A DNA stretch of 64,000 bases. Source: the human T2T-CHM13v2.0 reference genome, Homo sapiens. Made by a program: the position numbers and the translations under genes. How positions within the stretch are numbered: position 1 is the stretch's first letter; every line of letters starts with the position of its first letter. The DNA is taken from NCBI RefSeq assembly GCF_009914755.1, contig NC_060926.1. The stretch is one strand, 5' to 3'. The notes below the pieces were generated by a model that was not told the DNA's origin, did not search any database, and saw only the letters and a program-made list of their open reading frames with translations. Shown one piece after another: positions 10,121-25,789 of the stretch.

Positions 10121-12924
10121 TGCCTAAACATAACACACAAACAATAGCAATAATAACAGCCACCAACAACACAGTCACTATAATGACCACGTGCTGTGTA
10201 GGGCACTTTACCCCACCTGCAAAGTACGTTTGGCCACCTCGTTTATCCAGAGTCTTGGAGAAGTTAAAAACCTTGCTATTTGGTTGGTAAGTGGCTGAGC
10301 TGGGATTAGAAACGACGCTTGTCTGGTTCCCAAGCCCACCATGCTCTTTCCATGAGCAACTCTGCCCATGTGATTCAGAGGGTCAGAGTTTGTTGTGACA
10401 GAAACAGAACCCAGAGGCTGGTTTCAAGGCCGGGGAGGAGCTGGGTCAGGCCTGAGCCAAATAACAGGGTGGGCCACCTCTGTGCCTCCCAGCTGGTGTT
10501 CCTTGGCTGGCCTCCAGGTTGGGGGCAGGGCCAGGCAGGGGTGGAGGGTTTGAAACTGGGCGTGTCCTCAGGAAGCACCCAGCCCCTCCTTCAGTGACCC
10601 TTCCGGGAGCGGGTTAGGAGCAGAGGACCTGCTGTGTTCCAGGGCTGTCTCCAAAATATCTTGGTATGCCTTAGAGGAAGCCCATGAGAAAGCCTCACCC
10701 ATTTCATAGGTGGGGAAACAGAGGTTCAGCACGATCACAGGACCCCAAAAGATATGCAGATTCCATCCCAGATATGTTGGCTCCACGGACTGCGCCTTCT
10801 CCCTGTTGCCGCCCCTCTGTGTGGAAAGAGCCTGCCTTTGACCTCGGCTGGGCTGGTAGCCAGGGCTGGGTATCAGCTGCTTGGGGCACTGACCAAATAG
10901 GACTACATCCTATCTGCCTCATCGTATGGGATCACATCTGAGCAGTTGTTATCCAAAAGGACAACCAATAATTCTCTCATTATGCAGAAATGGGTTTGAC
11001 TGCTGGGCTGGAAAATCCCCCCCTCCTTTGGTATATTAAACCCTTTCTTCTGAAATATTATAATTATCCCTGTTTACACAATCGACTAGCGTTGTAAGGT
11101 CTTTCTGTGTAAATACAGCAAAGATAAATTTCAGCCATACTCCCGCCTGAATTATTCAAAACCTGAAACGCTGAGGGGTCCGCAGCGCGAGTCGGCTTTG
11201 TGCCTTGAGTTGTGAGAGGAGGAATACATTACCCCTGACCTTCCCAAGAAGAACGTGATGGTCGAGCCACGCCCACTGGGAAACAGCCCAATGGGACAAG
11301 CCTTTCTCAGATCCAAGCCAGCTCTGCAGCGACCAAGGCTCCCTGCCAGAGCCTGGAGATGCGCTGCGTGCTGAGCGAGACAGGCACAGGAAAGAATTCG
11401 CTCCTGGTCTGTGCTAGGCATCCACAGTTTGCAGCTCAGTGCCACTCTCCACCCACCTTGTTCTCTGCCCCAGGACACAGACTTGTCTGGTCAGAACCAG
11501 CAGGCGCCCTGGCCCTCAGCCTCCCCGTTGGGTTTGGCCCTGGGAAGCCCCCGCAGGGATGGAAAGGAGAAGATTGATACTGGGGTCTTTATTTCCTTGG
11601 GGCCCTCTCCCAGCAGACCCCAAGGCTGGCAACTCTGTCCACACAGGTCGCCGCTCAACCACTCCCCAGCTTCTGGGTCTGGATCCGCATTGTACTGAAT
11701 GAATCCTTTGGAATTTTCCTCTCCTCACTGACCGGACCTCCTTCTCTTCCCCTTCTGTCTCCATTTCACAAAATTGTTCACATGGTTCTGATAGATTAAC
11801 AAAGAACTCTTTCTGCTTTTTAGACAAAGAATAAGGAAAATTGTCTACAGAAATAATTCACACAAAGGAAGTCAAGGCCATGTTGAAAACAGCACTTAAA
11901 GGAAAAAGTACAATTGACCAACAATTGAATCTTATTAGGCTGAGACCTGCACAATGTGACCAAAGGACATTGGACTTGGCATAAGTAATGGCTAACACAC
12001 ACACACACTCATGCACAAACACTCTTAAACTCACATGCACACACCACGCATTCATGCACACACACAATGCATTCACATACACACTCTCAATAGCAGAAGC
12101 TATAATCAGTAAAATTATAAATGGGCAAAACCAATCTATGAACTAGTTGCAAAATTTTCTTATAAAAATTAAACAGAAAACTTACTTGATGAAAATCATT
12201 TCAATAAAATATCAAAAGAAAGCATAACAGAAAGGGTAATTGTACTGTACTAAAAACCCAGGATTAAATTAGCATGGGATTTGGTTTGAAAAACAGTTTC
12301 TTCACGAGAGTTCATCCGTGTTGACATCATCCTATTAAAATATAAATATTCAAGTGGTTTTAGGATCACAGCCTTGGCATCAAAGGAGCAGAACCAGAGG
12401 GAATATAGAGCACCTCATCTCGCCCCCAACTGTGCAGGCCAAGGAAGCCATGGGGCCCGCAGTGTCCTGCACTGCCACTTTCAGTCCCAAAACTCCACCT
12501 CAGCCCATTTCCTGCCTCCCAGCCTGTCTCCGATGCAGGCCGGGCCCCTGTATGTGACCTCCTGACTCATTTTCCCTTCTCAGCCTCCACTCAGCTTCAG
12601 CTTCCTCATATGCCAGAGTTCCCAGGACCTGTTGTCCCTCCTGTGAGTATGAATTGAGTTATCTCTCAGCCCATCATTGCCCACCTCCCCAGGCCCAGAC
12701 AAGCCCCAGTGACCCCTAGGTGACCTTCGCCCAGGAAGCATGGTTTCATCAACTTCATCCCAGCAAGCAAAAAGGCCCCAGCCACTTAACACTGCCCCTA
12801 GAAACTTCCTGGACCTTCACACAAACACAATCCCCAGGTTCCATCTCAGACACCAAAGCTCTGAGGAAGGAGCCAGGCTGACTAATTAATTAGAACATCA
12901 ACAATAACAAAGTGAATGTCTTGA

Positions 12925-13381
<457 letters not shown>

Positions 13382-13469
13382 TGAACAACATCCAGTTACT
13401 CAGTTATTGAAAGGTAGAGGTGAAATTTGAACTCATATCTAACTGGATCCTGAAGTCCATTATGACCTG

Positions 13470-14470
13470 TACTCTAGTGATAGCAGACTCCCGCTGAGAA
13501 CCACCAGTAAAGCTAGAAAAATGGAAAGTAAACATCTGTGGAGAAGGCTTTGGAGCACTCCCAAGCAGTGGGGAATTGTAGTTCCAAGATCTGGGAGTGC
13601 AGAGAAGCCCAGGGTGCTGTTTCCTGCATGTGGTTGCTTTTGTCCAGGAGCCCCTGAAGAAACTGAGGACAGAGATGAGAGGCTGACTTGGGCTTTCAGC
13701 AGATTCACAGGGATCTGGAACAAATATTGGAATTCAGGGCCCACTGGTAAATATAGTAGGCCTCCAGTTGAAACCCAAAAGGGCCATACCCTAAGAATAA
13801 GAGTGAACCAAATACATTTCCCACTCTCACTGAGTCTGAAGCCCAACATTAGATTGGATTCAGGTGATCTAGAATTGTGGGACCCCCCCCAGCCTAGTAG
13901 GTTGCTAGAATCAAGCATAAATCCTCTCTTAAAAATTATAACATCATCCAGGGGTTCAAATTAAACTAGAGTGTTTAAAATACAGTGTCTGGCATGCCAT
14001 CAAAAATAATGAGGCATTTGAAAAGATCAGATGACATAAACAAAAACTAGGAGAAAAAACAGCCAATAGAAACAACAGACCCACAGAAGATCCAGATAGT
14101 GGAGTTAGCAGACGCAGGCTTTAAATTCCTGTTGCACATGCTCAAGGAAATGAAAGACAATATTAAATTTTCAGCAGAGAATAGAAACTATAAAAACTCC
14201 TAAAATAAAAAAAGGAAATTAAAAATCTGATGGATGCACATAAGAGCTAATTAGTCATAGCTGCAGAGAAGATTGGTGAAATGGAAAATACATCAGAAGA
14301 AAATATGCAGAGAAAAGCCCAGTGAAACAAAGAGATGGGGCAAATAGAAAAAAGCATGAGAGATATATGAGATATGGAGAAGATACAAGGCTTCTACCTG
14401 GAATCTGAGAAGATAAGAGGGAGAATGGAGCAGGAGCCCTATCTAAGGGGGAAGTGCTGAGAATTTTCCC
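13470..14470 (+). mobile_element. Old L1M 5'UTR/ORF1 fragment
   Basis: aatagaaacaacagacccacagaagatccagatagtggagttagcagac and gcagagaagattggtgaaatggaaaata, typical of L1M ORF1 remnants. Confidence 0.7.
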
Positions 14471-14599
14471 AGGTATGTGCTCTTCCCATTTAATCCATTC
14501 CAAATAGTTCAAGCTTCTGGGTTCTTTTGTCTTTGCTTTCCCCATTCTATTTCCCATAATTTTTGTTCCTAATTGCCACTTTTACATGACAATTATGGT

Positions 14600-14868
14600 T
14601 CAGAGATTAGCCACATACAACACCAGTGAGACAAGAAGCAACATTTTGTGGGGGCTTCTGGGAACTTGGAAGGGATGATATCATCTTCCCTGGGGAGTGG
14701 AATGTGAGGTCTGGAACTGCAGCAGCTATTTTCTGAGCATAAAAGAGTAGCCTTGGGAGGAAGGTGACACCATAAAAGAGAGAGAAAGTGGGTCCTGCTC
14801 TCATTAGATCATCCAATTAAGGCATGCCCTGAAGCCAATGATAGCCCCCCCACCAACCACCACCACCA

Positions 14869-14914
<46 letters not shown>

Positions 14915-15008
14915 ACACAACTTTTTTGACTATTGGGACAATAAAACTCTTAAGCAAGTTTGAATTCGTTTGTGGTCACTTGCAACCAAAACAACCCCAA
15001 GTAATACA
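14600..15008 (+). mobile_element. Old MaLR LTR (MLT1K/L-like) containing a (CA)n microsatellite at ~14871-14911
   Basis: tgtgaggtctggaactgcagcagctattttctg...ttaagcaagtttgaatt...gtcacttgcaaccaaaa. Confidence 0.65.
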
Positions 15009-15539
15009 AAATCTTGGAAATAAAATTGCCTTCCAGAAAATTTGCAACAATCTATAATCTACCCTACAGTGACCACTCCCCTACAAAGACCTCTTTACTC
15101 TCTCCAACATTCCATATTTTCATTTACAAATTGATTGAAAGGCAAAACAGTACAATTTTATGTTTAGTTTTAATTCACCTATTTTTATTTCCAGTGAGAC
15201 TGAATTTTTAATGAATTTTTTAACATTGAATTTCCTCTCTTATGTTGTTTTACTATGGCAGTGATTTACTAAGATGTTAGTTTTCCATTTCTTTGTTTGC
15301 TTCCTTTGTTCAATTTAATTCAAATAAATAAGCAGGTTTTTTTAAAAGACAAACCTAACCAGACTGTGGGCCAGGCACTGTGCTACATGGGGCGGGAGCC
15401 GTAGAAACGAATGGGACAGGCTTCACTCCTGGAGAGCCTGACCTGTAGTAATGGTGAGAAGACAAAGAGGCAAAAATTGGGCCCAAAACTCTGATACAGG
15501 CATGAAGGAAGAGATACGAGGCTGCATTCGTGAGAACTC

Positions 15540-16720
15540 TAGGAGATTTTATCTGGAATTATTTCCATCATCTAATTTTGTGATTTCTTTATATGTCCTT
15601 TTCCATTGCTCATTTTTTTTCTTTCTTTGTCTTCATCGTATTGATTAAGTTCCCTTTGTTCCTTTCTGTTTCCCCGTTCCACTTGTTTGAAAGTTATACC
15701 TTCTATTTCTATTCTGTAGTGCAAACTCCTACATTTTAGCATGCATATCTAAGGCTAATCAACATCTCTATCCTGCAGCCAAGTGATAAATGGGCTTTAC
15801 AATTATTCAACTTTAATCAATCATTTAACATTTTTCATGTTATTCCCACATAGCATTTCACTTTCACCTGACTTTTAACTGTCCCCATAAATTGGTATTT
15901 TTTAAAACAATAAATGCTTACTTAGACTTACCAACATGCTGACTCATTTCTTTGCTTACTTTGCCACCTTCATCATATTCCTTCTTTCTGGATTCAGCTT
16001 TCTTCTTACTGAAGAAAATCCTTTTCTAATTCTCCAGTGAGAGGTTATGAGTATAAATCCATTCAATCTTTGTTTCAAAACTGTCTATTTCATCCTCATT
16101 CTTGAATGATTGTTTAGTGGACATCAGTGCTTTTCAGTCAAATCTTTAGTTCTGTGATGATCTTATCCCATTGTCTCCTGGCATCAGTTGTTGCTGCTGA
16201 GAGGTCTGCTGTCAGCTTAATTATCATTCCTTTTTCATGGGTCTGTCTCTTCATTCGCTCTGTCTGCTGTGTTTGCAGTTTTATAATGACGTGTCTATGT
16301 GTTGTTTATATTTCACCTGCTTGGAACTTGATGTGCTTATTTGACCTTTTTCCCCTACTCCCTCATTCTGGAGAGAATATGCATCTGAACCATCTCACTC
16401 TGTCCACCAGTCTCTTCACATCACTGCCACATTTTCCTTAACTTTGTGTTTTGCAGTTTTTTTCAAATCTACCAACCAACTCCCCACTTCTGTCTTCGGC
16501 TATACTAAACCATCTCTTTAACTGATCTATTGAGTTGTTAATGTTATTTTTTTTGTTTGTTTCTTGAAATCTGATTATTGTTCACGTTTGTCTTTTATGA
16601 TTCTTTTCTTAATCTTTTTAATGTTTTAATCATATTTATTTTATGATTTCTCTTTTTCATTGTTAAATTCTAGATTGTTCAATCTTTTCTAGTTCTTGGA
16701 ATAAGAGTCCTCTTTTTGTT
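15540..16720 (-). mobile_element. Old L1M/HAL1 ORF1 fragment
   Basis: T-rich; ttcatcctcattcttgaatgattgtttagtgg...tgttgctgctgagaggtctgctgtcagcttaatt. Confidence 0.6.
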
Positions 16721-16729
16721 GACTCTATT

Positions 16730-17500
<771 letters not shown>

Positions 17501-20500
17501 GCTTGGTATGGAGGAGTGGGATCACCAAATGGGCCATTGGAAGAGGAAAGAACAACAGATGCTAGGGAAGTTTTATTTGATTCATGAGGTCCCCCCCTAC
17601 ACCCTGTCCCCTTACATACCTGCCTGCACATACACCAAGATGACTGCTCCCCAACAGCTCCATCGATGAGCAAACCTGGCCCAGAAAGTTCCTTTCCTAG
17701 AGGTTCCCACTACAGCCCTGGGGCTAATTCTTTCTGACTAGATTTCCTTAAACTCAACATGGTCACTCTCCCTGGCCATGCCTGAGTCATGTTGCTTCTT
17801 TGGAGCCAGGGGGCAGGGTCAATCTTATAGAGCCACGCAGTCTGAGAGTTGAGGAGGGATAGTCCCTAAGGAAGAAGAAGTGCTTACACCAGATGAGGGA
17901 GATGGATACTGTCAAGCAGAAAAACTTGCTGTCCTTTTCAAAAGGGAACCCACCTCTTCCTGAAAGCCTGTCTCTTCCTATTGGGCAGCCCAGCCTGCCA
18001 AGCCTTGATCAGCCTCCTTGTGCCTCCCATTCAGAATCTCTCCATGCCATGGACATTTCATGGTCTCTCTGGTATCTCCTATCACAGATTTATTTGGAAA
18101 CCTTTCTCTGATTTCCAGCGTGTACCATTTTCTAGAGTAGTGAGCTCCAAAATGGGTCATGCACTCTCTAAAATAGTGCTTTGTTATTTACTGGCCATAA
18201 TTAGTTCTCATCAGTACCTCTTTGGGAATCCCTGGTCTAGAAATGATGGATTCCATATTTCTCTGATAAAATGACTTCCTAATTCTTGACCTCAGGCATG
18301 CCCCTCCTTTCCAGAGAGAAGCCCATCATTTGAGTCTGTTCTCAAGACACAGACCATCCTCCCATGACTACCTACCCTTGGCCAGTCCCTGCTGTAGCCC
18401 GACTTCTCACTGTGTTGTCACACAGACCCTGTCACTTAGAAGCTGTGGGACTTTTAGTGAGTTACTGAGATTCTCTGAGACTCAGTTTCTTCACCTGCAA
18501 GATCAAGATAATAATGTTCATCTCCCAAGATCAGGAGGAGGAACTACTAATGGAACCATGGAAAGGAACCTCAGGCATGGCACCTGGTTCAGAGGTAGTC
18601 CTCCAAATGTGCACCCTCCCTTCCCTCCTCTTGCTCGCAGCTCCTAGCTCAAGGTACTCTTGGTCACTCTTCCTTGGCCTCTGGCCTGCCTTTGACAGCT
18701 GGTAACTGACCAGTCCTTAGGCTCTGGTCCTCAGCAGCCACATGCCTTTGCCGTGATATAACTTTTCATCTGAGCCTTGATTCCTGACACATGGCACCTG
18801 CTGCCCCCACCCTGAGATCCACCATCGGCCCCTCCCCTCCTGTGATTCCTGCCACAAACTCCAGGCATGGGTGTGGCCCTATTGGAATGTGCTGGGGGAG
18901 AAGCAGGAGGCGGGGACAGGTGACACAGAGGAGGTGATGAAGGTCACACCAAGAGAGGTCCCTGGTGGTTCTTTTTACCTTGAGAGAACATCTGTGGCTT
19001 CCATGTTGTCACAAAACAAACAGAAGTGAGTCTGAAGTTTCCCAATCCCCGTAGCTGGTTTCATGGCTCTTTGACAGTCCTTTCATGTCCCTGACAGTGG
19101 TGAGCTTTTTCCCCTGGGAAGTTAGGGGGCCTCTGTTGCACCCCCGCGGCCCACCTCGCCCTGGTGACGTTATCCTGGCACTCCCAGGCTGATGACACTT
19201 AGCTGTCACCTTTCATGCATGAGCAGCTGTTGCCGCCTGTGTTTCCAGGTGGCCGAGCCCAGTCCCTGTGCCTCCCCTTCCTGCCACATGGGGGACCCTC
19301 CGACGGGCTGACTCACCCGGTTCTGCTGCCCACGGAGGGCTTCCCGCTCTGCCTTTCTTGGGCAACCTTCCCAGTTTTCGACGAATGCCTTCCGCTCACA
19401 ACAGCCCTTTCCTGGGGCGTGTAGGGAACCGGGAGTGGGGTGAGGGCGGGTTCACCCTTCTGCTCAGGTTTGAGTGGCAGCCTGCAGGCGCCCAGGTCTG
19501 CGCAGAGATCTCAGACTGTCCATCAGTTCCAGGGCTATTTATGTTTCTGACATTCATTTCTTCCTGCTCCCTTCACCTCCCCCCTCCCACATCTCCTCTT
19601 TGACAAAGCTGTGATCAGCCCCACAGCAGAGGCCGTGTGTTTCTTGACCTGGCTTTCCCGTGCTGGGAGCTGGGCTTGCATCGAACCCCTCCTGCTCCCT
19701 CAGCGGCTGCGGCCCTTCCCGTCCTCCTGCTCACAGAGCGCACGAGAACCAGGGAAAGCTGTGTGGCTAGAAAGAGCCCCCTCTCACAGCTGCAGACTGC
19801 AGAGTTGTCAAGCCTCAGGCAGCTCCGCCCTTCCTTGAGCCTCAGTTTCCTCATCTGGAGAGTGAAGACAACCATCCGCATCCTGCAGCACGGCAGTGAC
19901 AGTTCTGTGAGAAAAGGTGCCCAGAGTGACGTCTAGCTGCACACCGTTATTACACTACAGGATAAAACGGCTGCCATTACCACATGCTCACCATGTCCCG
20001 GGCCACGGGGCACAGATCGACTCATTCAATCCTCACTGCAAGCCATGAGGAAGATCTCACAAGAGGCCCAGGCAACAATGAGGAAATTGATGCGCCGAGA
20101 GATCAAGTGACTTTCACAAGGTCACACAGCTGGTCAGCGGCAGAGCTGGCTGTCATCCCGGCATGTGTCCCTCCTCCCTCCAGGAAGAAGCCACCCCAAT
20201 CCTCCAAGGATGTTCCTTTTCCATCTTGAGGGTATCTGGCCTCCAGAGACTCCTCACTACCTCGGGGCCATTGCTTGGTTTCCCTGGCCCCCATCACCCC
20301 AGCCTCCAGCTCCGACGGTCACACTGACTCCGGGAGTTTGTCCAGGGTGAGCACTACTCCTCATACCGCTCTGAGTGCCTCTTCCATGGGGAGGCCAGTG
20401 GCTCAGGTCTTCTGCCCTCTGTTGATCAGGAGGCTGAGTTTTTCAGAAGGTCTCCCAGTCAGGTCTGGGACAGGAGCCAAACAGTGGCTCTCGGCCCTCT

Positions 20501-21538
20501 CCTTCCCCAGACAGGGCTCTGGAATTGGGCGCCACCCCAGCAGCCAGCGAGGGGCTGCCATGCCTGTCCCTGGGCTGGCCCTGAGCCTACAGGTGCTCTC
20601 TGGGGGCAGGGGGAGGAGGGCAGGGCCTCGAGAGCCGCAGGCAGAGCCTGGGAAGAAGGTGTCTGTTGTTTCCTTCTTCATCTCTGGGAACAATTCGCCT
20701 TTTGAGCTTCTTGGCTGAGCGAGTTGAGAGATTCTTTCTCCAAGGCTTCTTGACAGATTGATTTATCTGTTTCAGTAACTTGGACTTCCTGAGAAAGGGT
20801 GGCTTCATGCCAGGGCAGGCGTGGGCACCAACCTGGGGGACGAATGTGGGGCCTCCTCCGAGGATGGCCTTGGACCTCAGGCTGAGGTGTGGACCCCAGG
20901 TCCCTGTCCCCTGGCTGGAGACCGAGCGGGTGAGAAGGATTGCCAGCAGGAGCTGCAGATACCCACAGCCAGGCAGTCATTCACCCCATCCTCCCGGCCC
21001 CGCTGCTCCCCAAGCGGCTCTTCCTGGACCCATCTTGTGGCTGGGAAAGTTGAGTCACTGAGAAGCGACTGCCCTACCGCAGTAGGCAAGAAGCTGAGAT
21101 CAGACTTGAACTCAGGGTTCTGAGGCCTCCACATCTATCCTCACCTACCTAAAGAAAGAAGTTTGACCCTCAAACCCCAAGTTGCTAGAGGGCCTGGGCT
21201 GAGAAGGCCACAGCTAGCAACTCTCCCCGGGCTCCTCCTGCTTCCCAGAAGGAAGGCCTGCTTCCTGCCTCTGCTGTCTGCCTGCAATGCCTCACAGCCC
21301 ATGGCTCGCCTCTGTTGCAGCACACTCGCCTGCCTTCCCATCATTCTGCCCACTCCTCCAGGCAGGGCGCCCAGGGCTTGGCACTGAGTAGGGGGCTCAG
21401 TTGAGAAGGGAAGGGAGGGAGGAAAGAAGGAAGTGAGGCAGGGAGAGAGGGAGGTGAGGGGAGGGTCCTCACACCCTGTGGGTGATGCCCCAGGGGCCCT
21501 AGGGCCATTATGAAGCCCCTAAGGCAAGCTGTGCTTTA

Positions 21539-22234
<696 letters not shown>

Positions 22235-22237
22235 ATT

Positions 22238-22535
22238 AACCATTTTTAAGTGCACCGTTCAGAGGCATTAAGCACATTAGCACTGTTGAGCAACCATCAC
22301 CACCACCCATCCACAAAACCCTTCATCTTGCAAAACTAAAACCCTGTGCCCATTAAACACTAACTCCCCTCCCTGCAACCCCTGGCAACTGCCATTCTAC
22401 TTCCCGGCTGTGCATTTGACTACTCCAGGTGCCTCATGTGAGTGGAATCATGCAGGCCATGCCTTTTGTGTCTGGCTTATTTCACTCAGCACGATGTCCT
22501 TGAGGTTCATCCGGGTTGCAGCGTGCGTGAGCATC
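22238..22535 (-). mobile_element. L1MB 3' end
   Basis: aaccatttttaagtgcaccgttcagaggcattaagcacatt...cccctggcaactgccattctact...tttgtgtctggcttatttcactcagcacgatgtcc. Confidence 0.8.
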
Positions 22536-25500
22536 CCTTGCTCTCCAGGGCCAGCGCTCCACTCTGGGCGCTTTCCACGAGCTGCCCTCGCACGGCCCTC
22601 TGCATGATGCCCACGTTGTCAGGCAGTGCCCTGCCCTCCAAGTTGAGCCCCCAAGACCAGCCCACCCCCATCTGTCTGGCCCCAGTGTTGCCCACCCATG
22701 CCTGCCTTTCTCTGCAGAAGGGAGGCTGCTCAGGGCCAGGCCCTCCTGCTCCCTTGGCCCTCGGGGTTCCAGGGGGAGAGAGTGGTGGCTGTTTCAGGTC
22801 ACCCACAGCCATGCTCTGCCTGCTGGTCTCCTTTCCCTTGATGCTGCTGCCCCCAGGACCTTGAGTAGCACGTTGGTGCCCTGATGCTTATCTTCTTGGG
22901 GACGCGCGCGTGGGAGGAGGACTCAAGGAGAGGGCAGATGGGTGTTGCGAGGGATCAGTCTCTAAAGGCAGAACTTCAGGAGTGCATGTCAGCCAGTGCA
23001 GGGCTCCTGGACCATGCCCTAGCGTCCTGCGTGGTGTGGCTGCCTCCAGCTGAACCTCTCCCCACATCACCACGCTGCTCCTGTCACTGAAGGCAGCCCC
23101 AGGTGCTTGGGGCAGCACTGACCTCACATCCAGTGGAGGGGCTCAGGTCCTTGCCTGCCATTTGCTGACTGCCAGGACTTGGCAAGCCCCTCCCAGAACC
23201 TCGGTCCCCCATCCCTCGAACAGACCAAGCCCTCACCCACAGGGTGGCTGTGCGGATGAGCCAGCAGGCGTCTGGCTGGGCCGGGCCAGCCAGTGCTAGG
23301 CAGACGCCTGTCCAGGGCACCCGAGCCTTCCGCTGCCCAGCTGCCTGGCTCCTCTGGCCCAGGGCGAGTAGAGAAGCCCTATGCCTCAGCAGAAGGAGAG
23401 AGAGCATAGAGCAGCACCCACAGAACCCTGCAGGAGGAGTCCCTGAAAGCCAGCTCCCAGAGCTGTGAGGACTGTATGCATCCCAGGCTGGCGGCCCCTC
23501 CCCTGGCCGTGGAATCCAGGCCCACTCCGGTGACAGGTTGACAGTCAGTCCTCTGGCTTCCACATGTGCCCATTTGCAGCTGTCCCCAGACGTCACTGCA
23601 GGCAGAGCAGTAGCACAGCCTCATACAGCATTTTCACCACAGACCCAGCAGCAGACGTCGCTGTAAGAGCACAGACGATGCAGAAAGGCAACCAGGAAGG
23701 ACAGGGAGTGGAATATTCACTACCTTTGTTTTTAATACAATTTATTTAATCATCAGTTTGTAGAATTTAATTTGTAACAATGGCTGTCAGCATTCCTAAA
23801 CGTTTAATGACGGTCAGTATTAGTGACCACCAGCACACCACTGTCTCAGCCCCTGACCAGGGTTCTCTGGCCAGCACATGGGCATGGAGGGCAGCTGCTG
23901 GGGGGACAGGCAGTCCCTGACTCCCCAGGTGTGTGGCGGGCCAGACCCAGGGCCTCTGGCAGCTCAGACCTGCTTTCAACTTCACCCTCCTACAGCCTGT
24001 CCTGCAGACACCACTGATGTCCCCACTGCACAGATGAGAACCCTGAGACTCAGAGATGGGCACCACCTGCACAGGCCCCAGAGCCGGTGCTCTGGAAGGA
24101 CAAGGCTCCCGTCCTCAGGCCCTGGGCTTGGGCGGTGTCATGGGTAGGTCTTGCTGACATCTTAGGGGCCATCAGAGAGCCCAGCCTGAGCAGCGCCTAG
24201 CACAGCCCTGGCTATCCAGAGAGCAGCCCAGACCCCAGGCCCCACGTGGCAGGGATGGAGATGTGAGGGTGGAGACGGCCATGGGGGATTACTCCTTCCC
24301 CCTGTTCAGCCCACTCTCCAGGCAGCCTCTGTGTGGCACCTCTCATGCTGATTTCCACAGAGGGCGAGGCTGTGCCGGCCAGAAACGTGGGTCTAGGATG
24401 CTTGGCAGATGCATTCCCTGTTGTAATTCATGGGCAGCACGAGGGGTGCACTTTGAGCCCACATTCTGGAAGCCCTTGGGCCAGCAGGTGACACGGTGCC
24501 TTCCTCCAGGGCGCCTGCAACACTCACCTTGACCGATGGTTTTCCCTTGCGACCTGTCTGGCCCTGCCTTCACAGGGTGTCCAAAGGAGTCAGGCACCAG
24601 CACCCCCTCGAGAGAGGGCCACCATGTGTCAGAGGCTGGCATGCACCGTGGAGAAAAATGAGATGAGAATGAAGTTGGGGGTGTGAGGACTGCATGTTCA
24701 GTGATATCGTGTGATCAAAGGAGATGCCTGCGACCATTTAAAAAGGGGACTTCCCGCTTCTGATAGGACCCGGGACCATTCAGGGGGTTTCATTCTTATT
24801 AAATATTTTTGCCTTTTTCATAAAAGGCACTCGCCCACAGAGGGGTCTGTAAAAAAATCAATTCTGTCCGGGCTGCTAAGTGTAAGACGACCCCCTTACT
24901 GTCCTTTAAAAGCAAGGAGCTTCTCTTTATCACATATAGTCAGGCCCTGACTCACTTCCCAAGCCCAGTCTGAACCAGGCCAGGCATGGGGGAAGCCGGC
25001 GGGTGCAGGGGAGTGGAGGGAAAGGGGAGAGCCGGCCCCAGGAACCTGGTGACAGTGGGGACGGCCGCCCTCAGTCATGCCCGCTCCTTCCCTGGGCCCA
25101 CGTGACCATCCTTCTCTGTGAGCTCGAGGACACCCCGTCAGCCCCACGGGGTGCGGCTTACCAAGAAGGGGGTGGACACCCCTGCGTGGCAGGCACCGGC
25201 CTGTCCCTGCTGCCATACCCAGGTAATGACCGAGACAAGAATAGTCTCGGTAGAAGGGAGGGAGGCCGCCAGACAGCCCAGCCGAGGCCAGAGCCGGTTC
25301 TTGGGGAGTAACACCCCCCTCTACCGGCCACCTCGGACTTTACAGGCAGGAATTGCAGAATCCGTTGCATTTTCACAACAATAACTGAGACGTGCAAACC
25401 TCTCCTCCAGCTCCCGCAGATTGGAAAGGATGAAAGCGAGGATGGCCTGACCCACCCGCTTTAAGGAATTAGAAACTCAGTGCAAATCCCCAGGGGCATG

Positions 25501-25789
25501 TCGACACCCCAAAGTTCATCAGGAGGAAAGGAACCCCCATTTTAGACAAAGAGGCCAGAGCTTGTGCAGAGGGAGTGGCCCAGAGGTCGACAGTATCTGG
25601 GAGCATGCTTAGCCGGGCCCTGTGGACACACATTTGGACCTACGCAAAAGTTATCTTTGCTTTGCCAAGGATCTCTTTAAATTCTGAGTCTTTTCCCAAG
25701 AAAGCAAACTTGACTCCGACCAAGCCTCCAAATCCAATGACCCGTTAAAGAAAAGACAGGGCAGGGGGATGGGTGACGCTCCACTTTGC

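Noticed and set aside
25311-25330. Further CTCF-like motif (TGGCCGGTAGAGGGGGG, minus)
   Set aside because: Mismatch at the highly conserved core C; too weak to call without a matrix score.
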